Shown: one piece after another, positions 19,368 to 26,142 of the stretch
Layout: each line of letters opens with the position of its first letter
Position numbering within the stretch: the stretch's first letter is position 1
Source: an uncultured bacterium
Lineage (GTDB): Bacteria; Patescibacteriota; Minisyncoccia; Phycocordibacterales; UBA9973
Assembly: GCA_903929735.1 (NCBI GenBank)
Contig: CAIYVW010000043.1
Coordinates: 1 to 49,606 of the forward strand
Direction: 5' to 3'
Length of the DNA: 49,606 nt
The notes under the pieces: generated by a model
What the model was told of the DNA's origin: nothing
Database searches by the model: none
What the model saw: the letters and a program-made list of their open reading frames with translations, nothing else
Translations under genes and position numbers: made by a program

Positions 19368-19493
19368 ATAGTTGTGTATCTTAGTTGTTATTTGGTATAA
19401 TAGTGGTTAGTAAGATTAGTTTATTTTTACTTCCTACGGTCGGTAGGATTTAATAAAATTATTATAAAGTCGTTTTAATTTAGTTATTAATTT

Positions 19494-19853
19494 ATGAAAA
19501 AATTTATAGCATTAGGTTTCGTTGTTAGTGCTCCTTTGTTCGCTTCAGCAGCTGTTTCTACTATTGGTAGTATCTTAGATCTATTAGTAGGATTTTTAAA
19601 TTATTTTGTTCCAGCATTGATTACAATAGCTGTTGTTTACTTTATCTGGGGAGTTATTACTTTTATGACTTCTTCAGACGAAGAAGCAAAGAAGATGGGA
19701 CGTACAAAGATCATCAATGGTCTTATTGGTCTATTCGTTATTGTTGCTTTCTGGGGAATTATCGGAGTAGTTAAGAGAACTTTCGGTATTGATGCAGCAA
19801 CAGGTGACAAAGTAGTTCCTTGTACTCCTACAGCATATAGTAACTGTAACTAA
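19494..19853 (+). CDS. VirB2/TrbC-like (T4SS-pilin-type) protein, paralogue 4
   Basis: Signal peptide (..PLFASA/AVS), then VPALITIAVVYFIWGVITFMTSSDEEAKKMGRTKIINGLIGLFVIVAFWGIIGVV. Confidence 0.62.
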   Translation: MKKFIALGFVVSAPLFASAAVSTIGSILDLLVGFLNYFVPALITIAVVYFIWGVITFMTSSDEEAKKMGRTKIINGLIGLFVIVAFWGIIGVVKRTFGIDAATGDKVVPCTPTAYSNCN

Positions 19854-19863
19854 TCTTTATATT

Positions 19864-20184
19864 ATGAACTTTGGACTAATTCCTATAGCAGAAGCAAATA
19901 TAACAACTTTAATGAGAAGTATAACTAAGGTTGTTATCAATCCTCTTATAACTGCGTTATTTGCTTTTGCTGTTATTTATTTCCTGTATGGTCTTGCTCA
20001 GTTTCTGATGTCTCCAGATAATGAAGAGATAAAGAAAAATAGTAAGCAACATATGATCTGGGGGATAATTGGAATGTTCATTATGGTTGCAGTATTTGGA
20101 ATTATGAATATTATAATAACTACACTAGGGGTAAAAGGTGTAACTGTACAAAATGGTAGTTATACTGTAACAGTACCTAATTAA
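19864..20184 (+). CDS. VirB2/TrbC-like (T4SS-pilin-type) protein, paralogue 5
   Basis: ITALFAFAVIYFLYGLAQFLMSPDNEEIKKNSKQHMIWGIIGMFIMVAVFGIMNII. Shares the PDNEE.KK loop with paralogue 3. Confidence 0.62.
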   Translation: MNFGLIPIAEANITTLMRSITKVVINPLITALFAFAVIYFLYGLAQFLMSPDNEEIKKNSKQHMIWGIIGMFIMVAVFGIMNIIITTLGVKGVTVQNGSYTVTVPN

Positions 20185-20198
20185 TTATTATATATGAT

Positions 20199-20240
20199 AA
20201 AAGCGCCGAAGGATTAATCCTATCGGCGCTTTTGTTTTTT
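20199..20240. terminator. Bidirectional terminator separating the pilin array from the accessory stretch
   Basis: AAAGCGCCGA-(AGGATTAATCCTA)-TCGGCGCTTT followed by a T-run. Confidence 0.85.
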
Positions 20241-20257
20241 AAATTTATAAATCTTAA

Positions 20258-21091
20258 TTAATGATTGTCATCAGCATCTATTCTGGTGACAGTGGGTGAA
20301 CTAGTTATGACCTTCTTGGCCTTAGAGAGTTGTACCTGCACAGCATTCCGTATATCTTCCAATTCTTGATGGGTAAACTTGTGGCCTGTTGGATAATGTT
20401 TCTTCTCTTCTTCAAATAGTTCCTTTGCGAACGCATTTGAATTTTCTTGTTTAAGATCTGCTAATACAGAACTAACAAGAAGGTTATGAAACTCTACTCC
20501 ATATCTTCTACATTCTCCCCTGAAGAAGTCATCAGATAAAACCATTTGACCTAAATCAGTCATGTCTCCTTTTATGTAATCTTTGTAGGCAATTTTTCCA
20601 CATGCTTTAATTACATATTTTTTGACTAAACTGATAAGGTTAGAAACCATTTTATCTTCTTTTTGTACTTTGAAATTATCAAAGTTTGATATCTGCCAGT
20701 CACCGTCGGCATCTATCGTGATACTCTTACCAGTTTTATCCTGGCAAGTAAATGAAGGAACTATTACGTTCCGTATTTCCATATCATCAGATTCACCTTC
20801 GGCAAAAGAGAAAATCCAGAACATAAAATAATTTCCAGGGCCTACCCATGTACTATTTCCAAATTCATCTTTAACTTCTGAGCCATTGAAAATTAGGAGC
20901 TTCTCAGTCATGATGGGGACATTTTTTCTATCGCCAAATGCAATTAATGCACCTACAACGATTGAACCAATGAGCCAGAATTTACCATCTAAGTCTCCGT
21001 ATAAACAAAGACCATGCAATAAAAAGAAAGATACCATCCACACTATAACAGATAGTGGATAATTCAAGTTTTTGTTTGAAATAATTTCCAT
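20258..21091 (-). CDS. Membrane protein with SPFH/band-7-like domain (tentative)
   Basis: Two N-terminal TMs. Motif order then resembles SPFH (VGPGNYFMFW ..., FTCQDKTGKSITIDADGDWQI, LISLVKKYVIKACGKIAYKDYI, RRYGVEFHNLLVSSV) and ends in a helical tail. Visibly richer in G+C than its neighbours. Confidence 0.45.
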   Translation of the reverse strand: MEIISNKNLNYPLSVIVWMVSFFLLHGLCLYGDLDGKFWLIGSIVVGALIAFGDRKNVPIMTEKLLIFNGSEVKDEFGNSTWVGPGNYFMFWIFSFAEGESDDMEIRNVIVPSFTCQDKTGKSITIDADGDWQISNFDNFKVQKEDKMVSNLISLVKKYVIKACGKIAYKDYIKGDMTDLGQMVLSDDFFRGECRRYGVEFHNLLVSSVLADLKQENSNAFAKELFEEEKKHYPTGHKFTHQELEDIRNAVQVQLSKAKKVITSSPTVTRIDADDNH

Positions 21092-21117
21092 AATAATAAT
21101 TTTTTTTAAAGTTGTTT

Positions 21118-21591
21118 TTATTTCTGCGTTACTATTATTATTAAAGATCCATTTCCACCATCGGTAGACTTGAATCTCAAGTTCATGTTGGCATGACTAT
21201 CATCAAGCCTTACTGAAGCATCTTCACCTGCTATTCCACATACCTCTGCACTGCCACTAAGGCAACAATAGGCTCTGGTTGCACTGATGAAGAAGAAATT
21301 ACATCCAGAAGGGATGTTTACTATATTCCCGTAATTAGGTCCATACTGGACCGTTATTCTATCAGAGTATTTATTACTCTGAGAAGGGGAATACTGTTGG
21401 GCACTAGGCTGACTATTATTATTTTTGTTAGTTTCTTCTCCTTTATTTGATGGGAAAAAGATTACTTTCAAAATAATAATAAAAATAAAACCTAATATTA
21501 TTGCAATAATAATTCCTCCGTAGGAACTATTTTCCTTTTTTGCACCATGGTCATCATGACCACCGTGTCCTCCATGTCCTGCTCCGCTCAT
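21118..21591 (-). CDS. His/Gly-rich N-tail, single-TM protein with a 4-Cys beta-rich ectodomain (hypothetical)
   Basis: MSGAGHGGHGGHDDHG tail, TM IIIAIILGFIFIIILKVIFF, Q/S/N linker, Cys-containing C-terminal domain. Lies 26 nt upstream of the SPFH-like gene on the same strand. Confidence 0.5.
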   Translation of the reverse strand: MSGAGHGGHGGHDDHGAKKENSSYGGIIIAIILGFIFIIILKVIFFPSNKGEETNKNNNSQPSAQQYSPSQSNKYSDRITVQYGPNYGNIVNIPSGCNFFFISATRAYCCLSGSAEVCGIAGEDASVRLDDSHANMNLRFKSTDGGNGSLIIIVTQK

Positions 21592-21705
21592 AATTAACTG
21601 TTTTTTTTAAGATTTAATTTAATTGTAAAGTTCTTATTTTTATATATTATATCATTAAATTATAAGAAAGTCAATAGCAAAAAACATAGTAATATATAGC
21701 TTTAT

Positions 21706-21734
21706 TTGACATTCATTACTATTTATTGTAATCT
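21706..21734 (+). promoter_or_regulatory. Putative promoter for 21768..22624
   Basis: TTGACA-N17-TAATCT, about 34 nt upstream of the ATG. Confidence 0.45.
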
Positions 21735-21767
21735 AAGTAAAAATTCGTTAAATTTAAATAAAAAATC

Positions 21768-22148
21768 ATGAACGGAAAAATTTGTGTAGGAGTATTTGAT
21801 GGAGATAAATCAAATAGAATGCTCATTCGAGCTTTATCTAGGAGGATTTCTAGTAATATTATTAAAGAAGCTGCTGATGGCTTGACTGCTTTAGATGTTA
21901 TCGAAGAGAATCAAATAGATATTTGTTTTATTAACCTTAGATTGCCTGTTATTGATGCTGTTAATGTAGCTTTGTCTTTGAAAAATGAGAATTATGAATC
22001 ATTGATTGTTGGATTAAATTCTGATTTTTTTAACAAATCAAATATTGTTAATTTATCTAATTTTAATTCTTGTATAGATATTACACATCCTTCTTTTTCA
22101 GAGTCTATTTCAAATGAAATTATTCAATATATTTTTAAATTAAATTAA
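21768..22148 (+). CDS. Stand-alone receiver (CheY-like) domain lacking the phospho-acceptor Asp (pseudo-receiver)
   Basis: KICVGVFDGD...EAADGLTALDVIEENQIDICFINLRLPVIDAV aligns with the REC consensus (DlvllD.MP.mdG), but Asn occupies the acceptor position. Confidence 0.45.
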   Translation: MNGKICVGVFDGDKSNRMLIRALSRRISSNIIKEAADGLTALDVIEENQIDICFINLRLPVIDAVNVALSLKNENYESLIVGLNSDFFNKSNIVNLSNFNSCIDITHPSFSESISNEIIQYIFKLN

Positions 22149-22159
22149 ATTTTGTAATT

Positions 22160-22624
22160 ATGAATGAATTTGATATCAAAAGTTTTATTTTAAAAACTAA
22201 AGTCCCAGATGATATGTCTTTAATAGGCATTATTGTTCAGAGGAATTTAGCCAAGACTAACATTAAGCTCTGGAGAAAAATTTTCAAAAAGTTACCAGTT
22301 GTTTTGAAGTCTTATGATTATTCAAATGGTCTTCCTTATAATTGTCTGATTGAGCTTGAAGTTTGTACTACACTTGTAGCTTTTCTAAATGAAAGTATAT
22401 CTGACAGTATGACCTTACGGCTGAATATCGATGGAAATATTATTTTCCCGAATGATAATTTTAAACAAGAGTCAGATGATTCTACTTTCATTTTTGAGAA
22501 ATGGAAAAGGGAATATTTCCCCAATAATATTTTCCCTTTCAATTTTGGCTATAAAGAGCTAACAGATTGTTTGGGAGAACTTGGTATTCTCTATAAAGAA
22601 ATGATTCCTGAATCGAAAGATTGA
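22160..22624 (+). CDS. Hypothetical protein
   Basis: 154-aa ORF starting 11 nt after the receiver-like gene. No recognisable domain. Terminator follows. Confidence 0.45.
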   Translation: MNEFDIKSFILKTKVPDDMSLIGIIVQRNLAKTNIKLWRKIFKKLPVVLKSYDYSNGLPYNCLIELEVCTTLVAFLNESISDSMTLRLNIDGNIIFPNDNFKQESDDSTFIFEKWKREYFPNNIFPFNFGYKELTDCLGELGILYKEMIPESKD

Positions 22625-22656
22625 ATTAAATTGTTATTTTAAATGTAAATATAAAG

Positions 22657-22685
22657 CACGCACCAGAAATGGGCGTGTTTTTTTT
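22657..22685 (+). terminator. Intrinsic terminator
   Basis: CACGC(A)CC-AGAAAT-GGGCGTG followed by T8. Confidence 0.65.
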
Positions 22686-22779
22686 GTGTATTATTATATA
22701 TAAAATAGTTTTAATATTTTGTATTGCCAGAATAGCTAATATGAGGTAATGTAAAGAAAATTCACCAATCTTTTATATT

Positions 22780-23184
22780 ATGAAGAAAGTAATAATTTTT
22801 CAGAGTTTGCCTATTTGGCTTGGTATTATTAAAGATGCTATTAATGAGGCATTTCCGGAAAAAGTGCCAGATGTAGATTATTCTGAAACTTTTGATCAGT
22901 GTTTAGGTCTTATTCCTAAAGAAGGGGAAGTGCTTGTTATTTGTAGCTCAATTTTCCATGGAGATGATTCTCCTTATAAAAAAGGCTTATCAGAAGAGGA
23001 TAAAAAAGATGCTGATACTCTCGCTAGGTTGATTAAAGAAATCAATAAAAAAGCGAAGGTATGGGTTTACTCAGAGTATCCACCTAAAACAATTATTCAC
23101 ATTGATGGTTTTATTTCTAAAGACTTTTATAATGAAAGCCTTAAAAAAGTTGTAAAATTAATCAAAAAAGATTGTTTTATTTAA
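22780..23184 (+). CDS. Hypothetical protein with a flavodoxin/receiver-like beta-alpha pattern and no acidic pocket
   Basis: KKVIIFQS / EVLVICSSIFHG / KVWVYSEYPP / IDGFISKDF is spaced like REC beta1/3/4/5, with the beta5 Lys kept and the Asp residues absent. Confidence 0.35.
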   Translation: MKKVIIFQSLPIWLGIIKDAINEAFPEKVPDVDYSETFDQCLGLIPKEGEVLVICSSIFHGDDSPYKKGLSEEDKKDADTLARLIKEINKKAKVWVYSEYPPKTIIHIDGFISKDFYNESLKKVVKLIKKDCFI

Positions 23185-23205
23185 AATTATAATGTTAAAA
23201 ATATT

Positions 23206-23240
23206 AAATATGCTCACATTAATTTGTGGGCATATTTTTT
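23206..23240. terminator. Bidirectional terminator between convergent genes
   Basis: ATATGCTCACA-TTAATTT-TGTGGGCATAT (one G-U pair) followed by T6. Confidence 0.8.
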
Positions 23241-23285
23241 ATGGTATTCAGAGTTAGAGTATAACCTTAATTTCATTTGTTACTC

Positions 23286-23810
23286 TTAAGCTTCTTCATT
23301 TAGTAACTTTTCTATATTTAACTTTCTAGGGCTGTTTGTGACAATAACTTTTTTATCTTTTATGAACCCTAATTTTAAGAACATTTCCTTTTTATGACTT
23401 CGATTCCAATTCAATACCCATTTAAAAAATTTATAATCAACTGTATCTTTTCTATCTTTTTCCATGCCATGTCTTTTCTCTAGTCCTATATTAACCATAA
23501 ATGATCTTTTGAAAATATTAAATATATGACGACGAGTAGGTACATTTATGAAAATTATTAAATCAGCCCAATCTATTCTTTCATTGAGTACTGATCCATA
23601 GTTGCCATCTACAACCCCCGTGTCTCTTGAGAGAAATTCTTTTTTACAAATATTTAACCATTCACTTTTTTCTTTTTGTGACCAGTCTGAATTTAAAAGC
23701 AAATTATCTAGATGGTAAATAGGATAACCTGTATATATACTAATTCTATTTGCTAGAGTAGATTTACCAGAACCACTACCACCTAGAATTATTATCCTTT
23801 TGTATTTCAT
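23286..23810 (-). CDS. P-loop kinase, adenylate-kinase-like 'topology modulation protein' (FlaR-like)
   Basis: IIILGGSGSGKSTLANRI, IYHLDNL, VVDGNY, ADLIIFINVPTRRHIFNIFKR. Size and order are typical of the family. Confidence 0.7.
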   Translation of the reverse strand: MKYKRIIILGGSGSGKSTLANRISIYTGYPIYHLDNLLLNSDWSQKEKSEWLNICKKEFLSRDTGVVDGNYGSVLNERIDWADLIIFINVPTRRHIFNIFKRSFMVNIGLEKRHGMEKDRKDTVDYKFFKWVLNWNRSHKKEMFLKLGFIKDKKVIVTNSPRKLNIEKLLNEEA

Positions 23811-23891
23811 AATTTTATTATAGCAGATTACAAATCATTAAAATATTCCATTAGGTCTAATTGAATAACCTATATAAAATAGGTGTTAAAA

Positions 23892-23905
23892 ATGTTGTGA
23901 ACCTA
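23892..23905 (+). repeat. Distal copy of the tRNA-Glu 3' end plus trailer
   Basis: ATGTTGTGAACCTA compared with ATGTTGTGACCCTA at 25909..25922 (13 of 14). Confidence 0.5.
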
Positions 23906-23909
23906 GGGG

Positions 23910-23929
23910 GTTCAAATTGGAAGCAGATT
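23910..23929 (+). repeat. 20-nt direct repeat, left flank of the APH-like gene
   Basis: GTTCAAATTGGAAGCAGATT compared with GTTCAAATTGGAACCAGATT at 24844..24863 (19 of 20). Confidence 0.75.
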
Positions 23930-23976
23930 TTTAAACAGATAATGAAGCTTTCACTAAAATATGATAAAATATCTAT

Positions 23977-24814
23977 ATGAAAATAAATTATGGAGTAAAA
24001 ATTGCCCCACCTACTATAGAAATAGCCAGAGCATTTGGCTCAAAGGAAGAACCAATTCCACTTAAAGGTGGTCAAAATACTTCATATATCGCTGGTAACA
24101 TTGTTTTGAAACCAGCCGGAGGGAAAAGTGGCACCGAGTGGAGAGCCCAAGGTTTTTGTTGTTTCATCAGAAAGTAAAGAGGTACGTTTTCATAGACCCA
24201 TAAAATCAATTCATGGAGAATGGGCACATGAGGGTTATGTAGCTTGGACTTTTTTGAAAGGAGAACATATGAAAGGACAATATGATAAAAAATTAAAAGC
24301 TAGTCGTGCATTTCATGAATTGCTAAAGGGAGTTCCCCAACCTGAAGGTTTAAAAACCCCAAAGGGCCCATGGTCTACTGGTAATTGGGTAGCCTTAAGT
24401 CAAAAAGAATTTGATTACGGTCAAGAATTTATGGATTTATATAACCAGATTAAACCGCACTTAAAACCTTTGCCAGAAGATAGGCAACTAGTTCATGGTG
24501 ATATGTATCAAAATTTTCTTTTAGATGAAATTTTACCCCCAGCTCTTATAGATTTTTCTGGTGTTTGGGCACCGAATGGTTTTGCCGAAGGTATTATGCT
24601 TGCTGATGCTATAAATTGGGGGAATGCAACGGATGAGGAATTAGAAGTATTTAAACAAATTCCCAACATTGAACAAATGGCCTGGAGAGGTGCCCTAACT
24701 AGAATTGCTGAACTAGCGGAACATATTAAATTCTTTGGAAAAGAAAAAGCTGACGCTGTACAAGAGGCTAGAAAACTCCAAAAGGTATTTGACTATTTGA
24801 ATCAAAATTTTTAA
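23977..24814 (+). pseudogene. APH/choline-kinase-fold phosphotransferase, split by a 1-nt frameshift
   Basis: ORFs 23977..24177 and 24128..24814 overlap. Removing one T from the T5 run (24153..24157) joins them as ...EWRAQGFVVSSESKEVRF.... Catalytic loop LVHGDMYQNFL and IDFSG are present. G+C is visibly higher than in neighbours. Confidence 0.7.
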
Positions 24815-24843
24815 TTTTTTTCTTTTAAAATCTGTGATTCCAA

Positions 24844-24863
24844 GTTCAAATTGGAACCAGATT
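24844..24863 (+). repeat. 20-nt direct repeat, right flank of the APH-like gene
   Basis: Lies within the hairpin TTCCAA-GTTCAAA-TTGGAA. Pairs with 23910..23929. Confidence 0.75.
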
Positions 24864-24901
24864 ATAGATAATATAAGGGGATTTCAAGATTTGCAGTTAA
24901 G

Positions 24902-25249
24902 ATGCTAAAATATAATAACAATATGACAACAATAAGTATAAATATAATAGAGCCATATCTATCCTATATTTTAAATGGCCAAAAGATTATCGAAGGTCGT
25001 TTGAATAAGGGTAAATTTAAAGATTTAAAAATAGGAGATATTTTGCTTATTGGTACCGAGAAAAAAATATTTAATATAGAAAGAATAAGTATATATGATA
25101 ATTTTAAAGATATGCTTAGTAAAGAAGGTGTTCATAATGTAGTTCCCAATAAAGATACAGTAGAAGAAGCTGTAGAAGTTTATTATGGTTTTTATACTAA
25201 AGAACAAGAGAGTAAATTTGGAGTTCTTGCTATTAAAATTAAAGAATAA
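24902..25249 (+). CDS. ASCH (ASC-1 homology, PUA-like) domain protein
   Basis: ISINIIEPYLSYILNGQKIIEGRLNKGKFKDLKIGDILLI is typical of the ASCH N-terminus. The likely true start is Met8 (24923). Confidence 0.65.
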   Translation: MLKYNNNMTTISINIIEPYLSYILNGQKIIEGRLNKGKFKDLKIGDILLIGTEKKIFNIERISIYDNFKDMLSKEGVHNVVPNKDTVEEAVEVYYGFYTKEQESKFGVLAIKIKE

Positions 25250-25253
25250 ATAT

Positions 25254-25733
25254 ATGATTATATTTCTTAATGGTTCGATAAATTCAGGTAAAACAACAAT
25301 AGCTAATATATTAGCTAAAAAAAATTCTAATACTGCATTATTAGAAATAGATACACTTAGGCAAATGATAAACTGGATGCCTATTGATAAGGCAGTTCCT
25401 ATAAATTTAGAAAATGTAGTATCTTTAATAAGAAATTTTTCAAACAAAAAATTTAATGTAATAGTTCCATATCCACTTTCTCAAAAAAATCATGATTATG
25501 TAATGAACGAATTAAAAGATATTAATACTAAAATATTTGTATTTACTCTTTCTCCTAAATTGGAAAAAGCTCTTACTAATCGAGGGAATAGGGAATTAGA
25601 TGATTGGGAAGTTGAAAGAATTAAATATCATTATAATATTGGTATACATAATCCAATATTTGGAGAAATTATAGATAATACTGAACAGACACCAGAAGAA
25701 ACCGCAAATTATATTTTGAGAAAAATATCTTAA
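25254..25733 (+). CDS. P-loop kinase, chloramphenicol-phosphotransferase-like / AAA_33
   Basis: MIIFLNGSINSGKTTIANILAKK...LLEIDTL. Start moved to the ATG at 25254, since track ORF 25185 overlaps the ASCH gene. Confidence 0.6.
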   Translation: MIIFLNGSINSGKTTIANILAKKNSNTALLEIDTLRQMINWMPIDKAVPINLENVVSLIRNFSNKKFNVIVPYPLSQKNHDYVMNELKDINTKIFVFTLSPKLEKALTNRGNRELDDWEVERIKYHYNIGIHNPIFGEIIDNTEQTPEETANYILRKIS

Positions 25734-25738
25734 TTTAA

Positions 25739-25810
25739 TTGTGAACCTACCGGGACCGTGAGTACACTTATCGAACCTTACAGGTTCAGTACACCTTTTC
25801 CGTTCGTATA
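25739..25810 (-). repeat. Decayed tRNA-Glu 3'-half remnant (direct repeat of the tRNA 3' end)
   Basis: TTGTGAACCTACCGGGA compared with TTGTGACCCTACCGGGA at 25912..25928. A further ATCGAACC (T-arm) match follows a 14-nt insertion. Confidence 0.55.
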
Positions 25811-25841
25811 CTCACACGGAAAAGGTTTTCGCTTCCCGGAC

Positions 25842-25885
25842 GCAAAGTATGCAGATACTTTGCTTAGGGTCATAACAGAAAATAC
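25842..25885 (+). repeat. Structured repeat, copy R1 (partial)
   Basis: GCAAAGTAT-GCAG-ATACTTTGC, then AGGGTCAT and ..CAGAAAATA. Matches the 5' hairpin, AGGGTCAT box and 3' arm of R2. Confidence 0.5.
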
Positions 25886-25900
25886 ACTCTTGACGAGTGT
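25884..25900 (-). terminator. Weak hairpin downstream of tRNA-Glu
   Basis: Minus strand ACACTC-GTCAA-GAGTGT followed by ATTTTCT. Confidence 0.3.
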
Positions 25901-25914
25901 AAATTTTCATGTTG

Positions 25915-25986
25915 TGACCCTACCGGGAATCGAACCCGGATTACCGGCTTGAAAAGCCGATGTCCTAACCGTTAGACGATAAGGCC
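25915..25986 (-). tRNA. tRNA-Glu (anticodon UUC), CCA not encoded
   Basis: Hand-folded cloverleaf: GGCCTTA/TAGGGTC acceptor, GTCT..GGAC D-arm, anticodon loop TTTTCAA, T-arm CCGGG-TTCGATT-CCCGG, discriminator A. Confidence 0.88.
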
Positions 25987-26020
25987 AATATTAAACTTTA
26001 CTAACTTTATCTTCTAATTG

Positions 26021-26037
26021 GTCAGACGATAAGGCCA
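26021..26037 (-). repeat. Duplicate of the tRNA-Glu 5' end, 50 nt upstream of the gene
   Basis: GTCAGACGATAAGGCCA compared with GTTAGACGATAAGGCCA at 25971..25987 (16 of 17). Confidence 0.6.
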
Positions 26038-26142
26038 GATAATTACTAATTAATAATTACGAATTAGTATAACATTTTTTGCCAAAAAGACAAATTATTA
26101 ATCTAAATTTATAAAGAAATATTTTTATGATATAATTATAAA

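Noticed and set aside
23894-23929. An additional tRNA or tRNA pseudogene, suggested by GGGGGTTCAAAT (T-loop-like)
   Set aside because: The sequence after the loop (TGGAA) cannot pair with GGGGG, and no acceptor or anticodon arms can be drawn. It is better described as a junction of repeat fragments.
25758-25952. 64-aa ORF in the track (GTG start)
   Set aside because: It overlaps the tRNA-Glu gene and the hairpin-rich repeat region. It has no SD or promoter and no recognisable protein features, so it is treated as non-coding.
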